From NCBI RefSeq assembly GCF_009914755.1, contig NC_060927.1: a DNA stretch of 64,000 bases, one strand, 5' to 3'. Numbering within the stretch: position 1 is the first letter of the stretch; every line of letters begins with the position of its first letter. The position numbers and the translations under genes are program-made. Positions 31,661 through 53,257 of the stretch are shown here, in pieces. The DNA comes from the human T2T-CHM13v2.0 reference genome, Homo sapiens. The notes beneath the pieces were generated by a model that had not been told where the DNA came from, searched no databases, and saw only the letters and a program-made list of their open reading frames with translations.

Positions 31661-32289
31661 GAATTTATGAAAAAAACATTTTCAAGATAATAATCTAGGG
31701 GGTCCATAAAAACAAGGACCAAATCTGTCTTGTTCACTTCTGTATTCCTCATTACTTAGCCCAATGCCTGGCAAGTAGGGATCACTCAATAGATACCCAT
31801 TGAATTAGTGAATAAAATCATTCTAAGAAGAAACATGAATAGGCCTAACTTAGCAAAAATGCAGTCAAATGTTTTATAATCATGGAGAAAGTAAAACCTC
31901 TTTAAAAAAATAAAAATAATGTTCTAGTTTAAAACTTTAAAAATTTATAAATATTATTTTAAACACAAAGACAATTTAGATTAGATAAGCCATTTAAGCA
32001 TTTCCACGGTTCATCTTATTTCACATAAAAATCCTCCATCACTAGGATAATTCCTTCTTATTATGAAAGAAGAACTCCTCTTTCTAGATATGGTCTCATG
32101 TTGGGGCATTTCTGTAATTAAGGCTAAAACTTATTTTAGCACTACTATATTAGCTATAAATATAATATTATACCCCAATTAGTTGATTAGAACTCACAAT
32201 GGATTCTATGTCATATACAGAATATTATAATGGTTTAGATCCCAGGTTAATTAGAAGAAATATACATTAAACCATCATCTAGATCCTAC

Positions 32290-32850
32290 ATCCTTCTTAA
32301 AGGAAACACAGAAGATAGAGGGACATGTCAAATCACATGATGGAGATACAATCAGCCCAGTCCAGACTGAGAAACTCTACCAGACAGATAACTTGGTTCT
32401 TCAACAAACAAAATGCAGGACAGAAAACAGAGATAGAAGGGGACTCTTCAGACCAAAAGAGACTTAAAAGATACATCAGCCATTGCAATATGTAAAACTG
32501 GATCCTGATTCAAACAAAGTTTTGTGGCATGTAGGAAACAACTGGACATTTAAACACTTTGTGGATATTTGATAATATTAAGAAATTATTATTATTATTA
32601 TATAATATGATAATGGTAGTGTGGTTATATTAAAACAGAGTCCTTATCTTTTAGTTATATATACTAAAATATTTATAAATGAAATACAATGTCTGAATTT
32701 GGGGAGCAAGGAAAGTAGATAGGACATGGACTGGGCAGGCTTAAGCATGAACTAGTGATTACTGGGGCTGGGTGATGAGTACATGGGGATTCAGTATACT
32801 AGTCTGTGTGTGTTTTAAATTATCTAAATAAAAAGTTTTATAATTTTAAA
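32290..32850 (+). mobile_element. L1MC-like 3' end
   Basis: GAGACTTAAAAGATACATCAGCC, GGGTGATGAGTACATGGGGATTC, ends AATAAAAAGTTTT. Confidence 0.7.
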
Positions 32851-33320
32851 ATAAATAAACAGAATAAAGAAAAAGTATAATATACCGAATTATTAGTAAT
32901 CTAGTGACAATATTATCCAAATTTTAAAATCTGGATATGTGGGCTAACAGAATATTTGAATAGACCTGCCCATGCTTCTAAATTTTTATAGTAATAATAT
33001 GAATTATGAATACTGAAGATAGAGGCAATTGATACAGGCAAAAGGAATAAGAGGAAGGTCGAATCCTTCTTTTTGAGGATTTGCATTGGCACATGGTACT
33101 TTGATCTTCTCCTTGTACCTTTCTTCAACTAATTATTAATATATTAAAGGCAAGGCACTGGGCTAGAGGCCCTGAAGGAGAGACAAAGATGAGCCATGAA
33201 GATACTTGTGCCCTCCCACTGATATCCTTTGACCTGTAAAACATTTCTCCCCACTTCCCACTGCCACATCCGAACCTTCTTGTATTAATCTACAAAATAT
33301 TTCACTTCAAAATTTTCTTC

Positions 33321-33874
33321 TGATGGGACTGAGGATACACTATACCAAAATATGGCACTATGGCATACTGAATATTTTAAGCTAAAGGAATTTGATAAAA
33401 CAAGAGCAGCAGGAGGTCAGTCTGACCTTCCTCTACTCTTCTTCCCTAATACAGGTCATAAAACCTAGAAAGGATTTTCTGACCTTTTCCTGAAGCAGGT
33501 CATAAGACTCTCATGTGAGAGGTGCCCTCCCTATACCCAGAGGAAAGTTATATCCTTATTTCTGAAGACACAGGGACACAGAGAAGAATCTAAACACACA
33601 GGTCTTGCTAAATTTCCCCCAGCTTATTACCACTAGATCATACTTTTTTTGCCCTATTGTGTATCGCCACAACTGTCTACTCTTCATCAAATGTAGCGTA
33701 AAAGCACACAGCCTTAACTGTTTCTTCAGGTCTACATTTCCTCAGGAAGGCTCCAGTGTCATGTAAAACTTACATTAAATCAATTTATATGATTTTTTCT
33801 TATTAATATATCTTTTGTTATAGGGACCTCAGTCATGAGCCTAGGATGGGTAGAGATATTTTTCTTCCCCTACA
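33321..33874 (+). mobile_element. Solo MER34-family LTR
   Basis: TG...CA, exact TSD CTTC; homologous to 44033-44526 (ATCCTTAT.TCT.AAGACACAGGGA, TTGCTAAATTTCCC, CCCCTACA). Confidence 0.85.
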
Positions 33875-34347
33875 CTTCCTAATTCCCAATAAGAACTTCC
33901 TATACCATTTTCCCATTTTGACTCTCCTTAGGTAATTCTTAAAATAAAATTTAAAAAAATCAGGTTAAATAAGTTCATCCAATTACAAATAAGTAAAACA
34001 ATTAACCCTGTCAGTAACTGGCAGATTAGGCCTGCCTTGGATTCAGCTCCAGGAGTCAAATCCAACATGCTCCTGTTTGTTACAGCTTTTTCTCTCCTTC
34101 CCTCACTGAATCCACATATTTCCTCCAGGTTTCCAATTTCACTGTATTTGTCCTAAATGCATAACTGAAGTAGCTTTGGGCATTCAGGTTCTATATCTGT
34201 GAAAGGTTTTTATGTCAGAGAAAGTGACTAATGGAATAGTTAAAATATTTCTAATGTGACTGAATTTTTATAAGCTTGACTAAATATAATTAATGAAGAT
34301 AATTCCATATTCTGTACAGTTAACTAATATGAAAAGAAGCAGGTTTA

Positions 34348-34599
<252 letters not shown>

Positions 34600-36092
34600 T
34601 TAGGAAGTTTTAAATCAGGCACATGACAACGTAATAAGATCATTTTTAAAAGAATGTCTATTCTGGAATTATTATTTTTCTTAATAAAATTATAGTGTAC
34701 TGAATGGAAAATACAGATGTAATTGTTGAAGTCCACAGTAGAACATCATGCTAAAACAGTGTATGAAATATCTCAAGAACTGTAAAAAACCCACATCATC
34801 TCAATGTTTACTATTCCTTTTAAGTAATAATACTTAATAGGTAAACACAAAGATTCTGTAGAAAAAACAAAGACATCTTACTATTCATTCCTAATATATA
34901 GTCTCTACATCTAAAAAAATTTCTCATTACAATATTTTAAGAATGTCACAAAACAATTGAAACTCAACACACAATGTAACTAAAATAGCTCTGACCCACA
35001 TCTTAAATCATGAAATTACACGAAACTGGATCTATTTCTTTTCTTTTTTTTTTAACAGACTGCAGTGAGTATAACCTCTCCTAGAACCTATCTAACTGTC
35101 TGAGAAAGTTATCTAGAGATATCAATAAGCATTAAATAGGACAAAAGAGATTCTTGTGTGTGTGTCTATAAATAAGACATAAGAAAAAAACAAACTTTTT
35201 AATACATGGTATTATATGCACTTGTTTCATTTTTCAGATGCAACATATGTTATTTGCTAGGATGATTAATTTGACTAAACTTATATACATATTCTCTTTT
35301 CATTCTTCCAGCCTTACAGCGTATAATCACAGTCTTGATTTTGTTGTTGTTGTTGCTCTCGGCTGGATATATATACATATATATATTTTGTTTGTTTGTT
35401 TGTTTTACATTATTTTTTTCCAGAAATACTCATTATTAGCTACAGGCTCACTTTGACAACAAATCTAGGGGAATGGAAAAATATAAAGATTTACTAATTG
35501 ATGCTATTACAAAACAAGACTTTAAAATTCCTAATGAAAGTTCATACATAACATAAAAATACTGAAAGGCTCTTCAACCACTCACTGACACTCTTTTACA
35601 ACTCTCCCCACCCTCCAACTTTGGAGCCACTAACTGTTGCTTTAATGGCTTCAGTAAAGGCCTAATAATAAAGTTACCAAGGAGAAGATAATGAACAAAC
35701 CATAACCTTTGCTTCATCAGCAGTATGAAAATACTAGAAACTTCCTTTTAGAAAATTAAGAAGAATCAATTAAAAAAATACATATAATATTTGAAGTCAT
35801 CTTTTGAAAATAACTGTAGAAGACTGGGAACTTCAAAGATACTAATAACCTGCTTTGGGCGATAAAATGAAATTAATTCATTTGTGTTTGACAAACAAGA
35901 ATTATGAAACATTACATGAATACTATTTTACATAAAGATTAAAAGTGGTTGATAATGACAAATAAGACTTGATATATTAACATATAGGCTTATGGCATCT
36001 CTCTCTCTCTTTCTAAATCTAGTCTATCCTCATGGTGTAGAAGAAACAGAGATCTTAGTTTAATTTCTATTTTAAAACCATACATTCATATA

Positions 36093-36403
36093 ACAGTCCT
36101 TCCTTAACCATGGGGATAAGTCCCAGGATCCCCAGTGGAAGCCTGAAACTATAGAAGGTGCTAAAACCTATGCATCCTATGTTTTTTTCTATATATACAT
36201 ACCTATGTTAAAGTTTAATTTATAAATTAGGGAAAGTAAGAGATTAACAATGTCTAATAATACAATAGAACAATTATAAAAATATACCATAGTAAAAGTT
36301 ATGTGAATGTGGTCTCTATTTCTGGAAATTTCCATTTCTGACTGCAGTTGACAGAGGGTAACTGAACTCACAGAAAGAGAAACTGTGAAAAAGGGAGGAC
36401 TAC
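36093..36403 (+). mobile_element. MER44A-like (Tigger7 derivative)
   Basis: CATGGGGATAAGTCCCAGGATCCCCAGTGG..GCCTGAAAC start and GGGAGGACTAC end; similar ends to 45496-46093. Confidence 0.75.
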
Positions 36404-36423
36404 CAAATTTAAAGTATGGTTTT

Positions 36424-40079
<3,656 letters not shown>

Positions 40080-40192
40080 TAATAGTATATCATCATCCTA
40101 TATTCAACTGATTTCCTTTACAGTCCACATGAACCAACAAAAATAAAATCTGCAACATGCAACTTATCCCTGAAAACACATCTCAGGGAATA

Positions 40193-40546
40193 AGATTGAG
40201 TATCCTTTACCTGAAATGCTTGGGAGCCAGAAGCGAATTTTGAATTTCTTCAGATTTTGAAATATTTGCATATACATAAAAAGATATCTTGAGAATGAGA
40301 CCCAAATCTAAACACGAAATTCATTTATGTTTCATATATATGTTATACACATAGCAGAAAGATAATTTTATATATTTCTTATAATTTTGTACATGAAACA
40401 AAGTTTTGTAAATGTTTTGGTTGTGGCCTGTCACATGAGGTCAAGTGTTGGAATTTTCTACTTGTAGCATCATGTTCGTGCTCAAAAAGTTTTGGATTTT
40501 GGAGTATTTTGGCTTTTGAATTTTTCAGATTAGGAATGCTCAACCT
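40193..40546. mobile_element. MER46-like (Tigger4 derivative)
   Basis: Inverted ends GATTGAGTATCC / GGAATGCTCAACCTG flanked by TA. Confidence 0.8.
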
Positions 40547-40650
40547 GTATAACAATATTGTGATAGTAACGTTAAATTAAATTCTTACATTAAAAATTTT
40601 TAAATTTACAACTTAAAAATTATTTTAAATGTAAGCATTAAAAATTAAAA

Positions 40651-40771
40651 TTTCATCACCCAGGTATTAAGCCCAGTACCCATTAATGATAACAAACCCC
40701 CATAATACAAGGTTACCTACATAACAAACCTGCACACGTACCCCTGAACTCAAAATAAAAGATTAAGAAAT
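40651..40771 (+). mobile_element. Miniature L1PA 3'-end insertion with short inversion
   Basis: 40651-40685 is reverse complement of L1 3'UTR (compare 43655-43682); 40690-40760 is the following L1 3' terminus; TSD AAATTAAAATT (40642-40652, 40772-40782). Confidence 0.8.
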
Positions 40772-40884
40772 AAATTAAAATTATTTCTCTCTGTTTTAGA
40801 TTACTCTAGTAATAAAACAATATAATCAAAACCTAATCAGCAGAGAATAAGTCTTTAATAGTTACTAAAATTGGAGAGACATAC

Positions 40885-43770
<2,886 letters not shown>

Positions 43771-44032
43771 AACTGGGGAGACAGGGTTGTATTTTTCCAA
43801 TCAGTAAACTGAATAATTTTTATTGGTAAATAAAAAAGATCTATTTATCATGTGTGCTTTTAAAGAGATTTTTTTAACACTCTAATTCTCTTCTCTTCCC
43901 CAAATATGCCATGAGATACTTGGTTCACATTTGTATTACTACCCTCTAAAAGGGAATGAGACAGCTGCCCTGGGTGTAATTTAGTGGTACTGGCAGTGAG
44001 AACCCTGGTAGATGAATTTTAAATATCCCTCT

Positions 44033-44526
44033 TGATGGGGCTCAGAACACACTGCCTCCAAAATATGGCACATCGACACAGAGAACACAGTAGAAGCAGG
44101 AATGTCATTCTCTAACCTTCTTTCACCACTCTCCAGAGGCAAGTCAGTTCATCAAGGGAGAGGTACCTTCCCTGTACTGGGAGGAAAGGAACATCCTTAT
44201 CTCTAAAGACACAGGGATGCAGAGAAGAAGAATCTGAACAGAAAGGCTTTGCTAAATTTCCCCTAGTTTATTAGCATTAGATCGTAACCTCTTTGTCCAA
44301 TCATACTTTTGCATGACTGTTCATTTGTAATAAAACCTAAGCATAAAAATACACAGGTTTCCCTGTTTCTTGGGGGGGTCTTCATTTCTGAAGGCTTCCA
44401 TGTTATGTAAAGTTTGTATTAAATAAAATTGTATGCTTTTTTTTTCTTGTTAATCTGTCTTTCGTTATAGGGTCCTCATCCATGAACCTAAGATGGGAAG
44501 AAGAGACATACTTTTTCTCCCCTACA
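44033..44526 (+). mobile_element. Solo MER34-family LTR
   Basis: TGATGGGGCTCAGAAC...CCCCTACA; TSD CTCT/CTGT. Confidence 0.82.
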
Positions 44527-44569
44527 CTGTTACTTATCTTACTTATCTCTTTCTTTGACCAGACTCTCA

Positions 44570-45339
44570 CTTTAAGATGTTACTCAAAGTGTGCAAGCCA
44601 GCAGCATCAACATCATGTGTGAGCTTATTAGAAATGTAAATTCATGGACCCTACCCCAAGCTATTGAATCTGAATCTCTGGAGAGGAGAGACAGGAAGCT
44701 TTTAACAAGCTCTTGAGATAATTCTTATGCACATAAAGTTAGGATACTTGTTATCAATGCTAGCTGCACATTATTATTATCTTAGAAACTTTAAAACAAA
44801 AGAACAACCAAAACCCTGGCTCTGATCCAACCAATTAAATCCAGAATCTCCTGGGGGTAGGTCTGGATGTGTGTTTAAAAGTTCTCTAGGTGATTTTAAT
44901 AAAGAGCCATTGTTTCAAGAGAAGAGCAAAATTTGTAATTTGGTTTATCATTAGCAGCTGGCTCTCTGACAGTACCTTACCAACTCGTCTGCTAACTATT
45001 AACACAATTATACAACCTTTTCTTAGCCTCTAAACCAGCTTCTCCTAGGTATGTGAATATCTGGCTTCTTATATTCATAACCTAATTTTCTTCTTTTGCA
45101 CTTTTTATTTCTTTGAATTTCAAACATAAACTTAAGTAGGAATAATAATACAAAGCAGTGGTTTTCAAACTTCAGTGTGCATCAGAGTTACCTAGGATTG
45201 TTAAAATGGATTCCTGGGCCCGACCCCAGAGTGTCTGATTTAGTAGATGTGGGCTGGGGTCAAAAAATTTGCATTTCTAACAAGCTCCAAGAGGGTCCTG
45301 AAGCTACTGGGCCAATGACCACACTCTGAGAATGACTGG
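44570..45339. mobile_element. Cluster of MER5-like hAT-Charlie MITEs (~44570-44920 and 45157-45339)
   Basis: CAGTGGTTTTCAAACTT...ATTTGCATTTCTAACAAG...TGAGAATGACTG; TTATTAGAAATGTAAATTC. Confidence 0.7.
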
Positions 45340-45495
45340 CATAATAGACCCCCATTTACCTGTTACCCAGTTTCCAACAATTATCAACTAATGGCTAATT
45401 CTCATCTCCTCTGTACCACCATCCACTTCTCCATGGCCCAGATTATTTGAAGCAAATCCCTAACATATCATTTCATCAATAAATATTTCAGTATA

Positions 45496-46093
45496 CAGTA
45501 GTCCCTTCTTGTCCACAGGGATAGGTTCCAAGACCCTCAGTGGAGGCCTGAAGCCACAGATAGTACTGTACTATCTATATAACACTATGAACAGATTTAT
45601 TTTTCCTCCTTCACAATTTCATAGATAGAAGATTCATTTTTACCATAGATGTTAGCAACCTCAGCCTACCATCTTTTTCTAATTGAGAACTTTCACCTTT
45701 TCACTTAAAGGAAGCACTTTATGGCTTCTCTTTGGCACACTGAATTGCTAGCATCCCTACTTTTGTGCTTTGGGGCCATTATTAAGAAAAAGGGTTACTT
45801 GAACGAACACAAGCCCTGAAATACTGTGACAGTTGATCTGATAACTAAGCCAGCTACTAAGTAACTTACGGGTGGGTAGTGTACAGAGTGGATATGCTGG
45901 ACAAAGGGATGATTCATGTCCTGGGAAAACAAAGTAGGATGGCTTGAGATTTCATCATGCTGCTCAGAACAGTGTGCAATATAAAACTTATGCATTCTTT
46001 TCTCTAGAATTTCCCTTTAATATTTTCAGATCATGGTTGACCATAGGTAACTGAAAAATCATGAAAGCAAAACCACAGACAAGGAGGAACTAC
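45496..46093 (+). mobile_element. MER44B/C-like DNA transposon
   Basis: TA|CAGTAGTCCC...GTTCCAAGACCCTCAGTGG; end GGAGGAACTACTA|TA. Confidence 0.78.
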
Positions 46094-46279
46094 TATATAT
46101 CACTAAAAAGACAAAGACTTTTAAAACCCAACTTCAATATGTCATTAAGTCACTGTTCAAAATTTCCCAATTGTCATTTTTTTTCCAGTTTGTTTCAATC
46201 AAGATGCAAATAAGGTATAACCACTATGTTTGATGGGTAAGATCTTTATGTTCTCTTTCCACATCTTTTTACCCTTGTA

Positions 46280-46665
<386 letters not shown>

Positions 46666-46782
46666 TAACATTTCCTCTGTCCCCTTTATTTCCTGTAAAT
46701 TAGTAGTTAGATTTAGAGTCTTGATCAGATTCAGGTTCCATATTTTTGGCAAGAAAACTTCATAGGTGATGTTGTATACTGT

Positions 46783-47259
46783 TGTAATTTGTTAAGTGAG
46801 GTATTTAAGTTAGGTTTTGTGTGGCACAGTGAGGAACATTCAGACTGGAATGGTGGAAAGATTAGGTTTATTACTCATAGATCTAAGTGAGAAGGCAGAG
46901 ACAATGGGAAGGTGTGGGGTGTCATCAAGAACATGAATGCTCAACCAGCAGGTGGGGAGCAAAAGAGAGAGGGTGAAACCTTTGGGTGGAGGCTTTTATT
47001 GGTGTGCAGGGTGTTACCTAGGTGGGTTTCCCCTGGCAACCCCTAGTGGGGTTGTTTGAAGGGAGCACAAGGATAAGCACGGGAACTTGGGGATTACATT
47101 ATTAGGTTCCTAACACTTAAAAGTAGGTGATCAAACAGTTTGGGATATGGGGCCTTATCTATCTAGAAGATGAAATGCTAACTAGATGGAGACTATCTCA
47201 AAATAGGTGGGTCAAAAGTCAGGGGCAAGACAACAAAATGGATGCTGGGACAGCATTAC
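46783..47259 (-). mobile_element. ERV-L-class solo LTR (MER76/LTR53-like; subfamily uncertain)
   Basis: TGTAA...TTACA ends; minus strand TGTAATGCTGTCCCAGCATCCATTTTG; minus-strand AATAAA signals. Confidence 0.55.
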
Positions 47260-47520
47260 ATAAATAAGAGTTATGACATGTACTTCCAGTAGGAAGCAAT
47301 TAATGTCTGTTGCCTCTCTTCTTATGCTTTTAATAAACGACGATCATTGCCTACATCTACTAATTCAGTAGGGTTGCAAAATGGGTAATCTTCTAATGTT
47401 TTCTTCACTTACTAACTGCAATAGTTTTAGAAAAAGAAGTATCTTCTCATTACCTATTTGGTTACCCTGGGGTATATATATCAAAGGCAGGATAAATTCT
47501 TGATTATTTCCAGTTAGTTG

Positions 47521-48718
47521 CCATCATGTGTTGCTTAATGAAGGGGATGCATTCTGAGAAATGGGCTATTAGGTGATTTCATCATGTGAACATCATAGAG
47601 CGTACTTATACAAATATAGATAATATAGCATCTAGACTATATGGTATAGCCTATTGCTCCTAGGCTACAAACCTATCAAGCACCTTACTGAATACTATAG
47701 GAAACTGTCACACAACGATAGTAGTGTACCTAAACATACCTAAACACAAAAAAGGTATAATAAAATACATCATTAAAACATAAAAAATGGTATAACTGTA
47801 CGTGACACTTACATGAATGGAGCTTGCAGGCTTGGAAGTTGTTCTGGGTGAGTCAGGAAGTGAATGGTGAGTTAATGTGAAGGCCTGAAACACTACTGCA
47901 TACTACTATCAATTTTATAAACACTGTATACTTAGGCTACTAAAGTTATTAAAAAAATTTTTCTTTCTTCAATAACAAATTAACTTCAGCTGACTATAAC
48001 TTTTTTCCTTTATAAACCTCTTAATTTTTTAAACTTTTTGACTCTTGTAGTAACACTAAACTTAAAATAAAACACGTTGTGACAGCTGTACAAATATATT
48101 TTCTTTATATCCTTATTCTTTATGTTTTTTTCTATCTTTAAAATTTTTTGTTTTGTTTTTTACTTTTTAAACTTTCTTGTTAAAAACTAAGATGTAAACA
48201 CACACACAGCCTAGGCCTATGCAGGGTCAGAATCATCAATATCACTGTCTTCCACCTCTACATCTTGTCCCACTGGAAGGTCTTCAGGGGCAACAGCATG
48301 CATGAAGCTGTCATCTCTTATGATAACAATGTCTTCTTCTGCAATACTTCCTGAAGGACCTATGTGAGGCTGTATTACAGTTAACTTCTTTTTAAAATTG
48401 AAGTACACACTAAAATAACAATAAAAAGAATAGTATAAGAAATATATAAACCAGTAACACAGTCATCTATTATCACTATCAAGAATTATGTACTGTACAT
48501 AATTGTATGTACTGTACTTTTATATGGCTGACAGCGCAGTGGTATGTTTACACCAGCATCAACACAAACACATAAGTAATGTGTTGTACTATGATACTAG
48601 GATGGCTATGACATCACTAGGCAATAGGAATTTTTCAACTCCATTATAATCTTATGGGACCACTATCATATATGCAGTCTGTCACTGACCAAAATGTTAT
48701 TATGTGGTACATGATCGT
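47521..48718 (+). mobile_element. Tigger3b-like DNA transposon (~1.2 kb)
   Basis: Ends match 13234-13610 element; minus-strand remnant PEDLPVGQDVEVEDSDIDD (ORF 48217). Confidence 0.85.
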
Positions 48719-48958
48719 ATCACTTTTCAAAAATATAGATTTGAATAGTGACTAGATACTTGATGATACTTAAAAATTACTGTTAATTGTTTTCAGATTT
48801 AATAATGGTACTAAGGTTAGGTTAACAACAGACTGTGCTTTCAGTGATATATACTAAAATATTTAGTGACAGAATGATAGGATGCTAGGGATTTGCTTAA
48901 GTGGGTGGTGGTACAGATGAGATATGTTATTAGTTGATAATTGTTGGAAGTTGAGTAA

Positions 48959-49325
<367 letters not shown>

Positions 49326-49759
49326 TCAAATTGGCTCACTTTTAGCCTGTGAGATCTCTTTCAAGTTGGGTTTTTTGTTTTGTTTATTTTTTAGTCTTCT
49401 TGACAGACTCTCATAGCTTTTTTTTTTTTTTAAAGACAGTTTCCTTGTTTTCTAGAATGATAAAATGTCCACATTCATATTTTAGATTTCCTGACTTACA
49501 CAGGGAATTCTCAGTGAGCTCTGGTTCATTTTATAAAAATGTGGAAAATATTATTTAAAGAATGCCCACAAGTGCTTGGATACTATTATTGAGTTGATCA
49601 TTGCTTTTCTAGGTCTTTTTAGTGGAAAGAAATAGGTAATTTTTTCAAGATAAAAAACAAACTCAAATACTTTCCATTCAAATCCAGGAACTATCGGATT
49701 TCTACTTACCCTCACCAGTCTTACCCCAGGATCTCCTTTAATTAGCCAAAAAAATCCTC

Positions 49760-50133
<374 letters not shown>

Positions 50134-50269
50134 CTAAAAATCCCAATTCTTAAGACACCAATATAGATACTCAGAATAACACTATTAATACCACAAACAA
50201 ATGATTATAAAAGAGTTTAAAACTTCTTTTTGCATTCTATTTTTCCCTTAGGCAAATTTTCTTTTAAGC

Positions 50270-50860
50270 AACAACTTTATTCAGATGTCACATATTATAT
50301 AATTCATCCTTTTAAAATATAGAATTCAGTAGTTTTTAGTATATTCAAAGTTGTGCAACAATCACCACTATCTAATTTCAGAACATTTTCATCACCATAA
50401 AAGGAAACCCCATATCCATCAGAAGTCATTCCCATTCCCTGCATCCCTCAGCTCCTAGCAGCCATTAATCTACCTTTATTTTCTATTTTGATTATTTCAT
50501 ATACATAAAACACTACATTATGTGGCCTTTTGTGTCTGCCTTCTTTCACTTAGCATGTTTGTTTTCAGGGTTCATCCATGTTGTAGCATGTATCAGTACT
50601 TTATTCTTTTTTACTGCCAAATAATATTCTATTGTATGGATAGAACATAGTTTGTTTATACACTAGGCAGTGGATGGACACTTCAATTTTTTCAGCTTTT
50701 TGGCTTTTATGAATAATGTTGCTATGAGCATTTATGTGAACATACGTTTTCATTTCTCTTGGGTATATACCCAGGTATGGAATTGCTGGATCTATGGTAA
50801 CTCCATCTTTAATGTTTTGAGTAGCTGCCAAACATTTTCCAAAGTGGAGGGGTTACTTTC
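50270..50860 (-). mobile_element. L1MB-like 3' end
   Basis: Reverse of element type at 63110-63740; ORF 50601 resembles L1 ORF2 C-terminus. Confidence 0.8.
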
Positions 50861-51195
50861 TACTGGGTCTCCTGTGAGCACCAGGAGCAGACAATCAAAT
50901 AATTTAAATCACTGAAAATAGTTATCCTATGAGAAGTTATGCAAATAAGTGAATCCACAATTAGATCCATTTGTTTCATTTACTTTTGAGGTTTAGGAAT
51001 TGCTTTCTAAAAAGTTAATTTTTATATAATTATGTAAAATATTTAAATGATTCCAAAGCTGAATTTACAAGAAAAAATATACAAAATATAGTCAAATAAG
51101 TCTAACTTCTATTCCTTTTCTCTCCCCCATTTCCTCCCTCTCTCTATAGATAACAATTTTTTATTTTTGTTTTATCCTCACATCTTTCTTCAACA

Positions 51196-51220
51196 TGTGT
51201 GTATGTGTGTGTGTGTGTGT
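51196..51220. repeat. (TG)n microsatellite
   Basis: TGTGTGTATGTGTGTGTGTGTGTGT. Confidence 0.9.
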
Positions 51221-51955
51221 ATCCATAGCAATATGTCCCAGGGATCATCTATTGTAATATATGAAGATACACTTTCCTATATAGCTATTGACAGTATGAT
51301 CAATATGTTTCACCTCAGCTCTATCATTTTATGTAATATATATGTCCATATATCTGTGCCTTTCAAACAGTCTTATTGTAGATGGTCTGTTCTATTTGCT
51401 CTCTCTCTTTTTCTGGGATATATTTTAGTATTCAGGAAAGTTTCCATTTTTAACCTAATGATTACATTTATGCTAATTACTTTTATAAAAATACTTTATC
51501 CCCATGCCACACATTTTTTAGGGCAATTTTCTATTTGTTCTCCACTATAAGCAATATGAAAATTAAAAGACAGCCTTTTTCCCCTCCTCTCCTTTTCTCC
51601 ATATCTGATTTTAAGTAATAACCCTTTTATTACCAATTAATATCTATAAGTCAGTCAGCAAATTTATTCTACTTTTCATATACTCTTTTTCATCCTCTTC
51701 CTATTTTTGCAATGTTGGTGTCTACAGCCAATATACATACTATGCTGTATCTTTCACATCCACCATTTTATCTTAGTTCTACAGATGAATATAAAATGCT
51801 CACAATCAGTCCTGATTTTACTATGTCCCTAGTCATATTGTTTATCTGAAGCTAATTCTCTAGTCGATTCCTCAAAATATTTATGAAAACATTCCGTGAG
51901 TTCTTACATGTTTATAATAGTTTGATTATGACCTTTATATTTAAAGGTAAGAATG

Positions 51956-52246
51956 AGCCAGGCGTGGTGGTTCACGCCTCTAATCCCAGCACTGTGGGAG
52001 GCTGAGGCAGGTGGATCATGAGGTCAGGAGTTCAAGACCAGCCTGGCCAACATGGTGAAACCCCATCTACTAAAAATACGAAAAAAAATAGCTGGGTGTG
52101 GTGGCAGGTGCCTGTAATCCCAGCTACTGGGGAGGCTGAGGCAGATAATTGCTTGAACTTGGGAGGCTGAGGTTGCAGCGAGCTGAGATCGTGCCACTGT
52201 ACTCCAGCCTAGGTGACAGGGTGAGACTCTGTCTCCAAAAAAAAAA
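51956..52246 (+). mobile_element. AluS
   Basis: Full Alu; TSD AAAGGTAAGAAT. Confidence 0.95.
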
Positions 52247-52933
52247 GGTAAGAATAGTTCTATGTAAAATCTTCGGCTTGCCTATTTTTTCTTTGAGTAT
52301 CCTATATTAACCTATTGTCTTCTGACATAAAATGTTGCTATCAAAGTCTGATGATGTTCTGATTTTCTTCTTTATAAGTGACTTGGTCTTTTCTTTAGAT
52401 GGCCAAAGTGTTTTTTTCCCTTTTCTCTAAATTCTTATAGTTTTCTTAGCATATATCAAGTGTTAGCCATCTGGGTCAATTTTCCTAATTATCTGCATGC
52501 CTTTTCAATATCAATGTCAAATTCCTTATTTTGAGGAAATATTTATTGAATGGTAGCTTTTAGTATTTCTTCTATTCGTTGCTTTGGGCGTCATCTTTGC
52601 AGACTCCTATTATATGTACTTTGGATCTTCTCTGCCTAAATTCTCTATCACTTTCTATCAAAACTTTTTATCTCTTGAGACTTCAGGTTCTAAAATGGCA
52701 GCATAGAAATAAGGTGGCTTCAACCACACCCCTCACCCCAGAAAACCAAAAACAATTATACAGCACCAAGATTACCACCAGCAATATCCTAGAACTCAAA
52801 TATGAAGATAAGATAGTTCCTAGGGCATGGATAAATGAAAAAACTCTGAGCAGACAGAGAACTGGACTTCCATATCAGTGACACCCTTTCCCCCATTGGC
52901 CTGGCACCAACTGCACAGAAAAATTTGCCCCCA

Positions 52934-53257
52934 GGCTGGGTGCAGTGGCTCACGCCTGTAATCCTAGCACAGGCATCCACAAGGGAGGAGGATCCTAGGC
53001 TGTAATCCACAAGGGAGAAGGATCACTTGCATCTAGGAGTTCAAGACCAGCCTGGGCAACATAGTGATACCCTGTCACTATAAAAAATTAAAAATTAGCT
53101 GGGCTTGGTGGTATGTGCCTGTATTCCCAGCTACTCAGGAGGCTGAGGTGGGAGGATTGCTTGAGCCTGAGAGGCTGAGGCTACAGTGAGCCATCACTGC
53201 ACCACTGCACTCCAGCCTGGGCAACAAAGTGAGACCCTGTCTCAAAAAAAAAAAAAA
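52934..53257 (+). mobile_element. AluJ-like with internal rearrangement
   Basis: Left arm contains duplicated ATCCACAAGGGAG(G/A)AGGATC. Confidence 0.9.
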
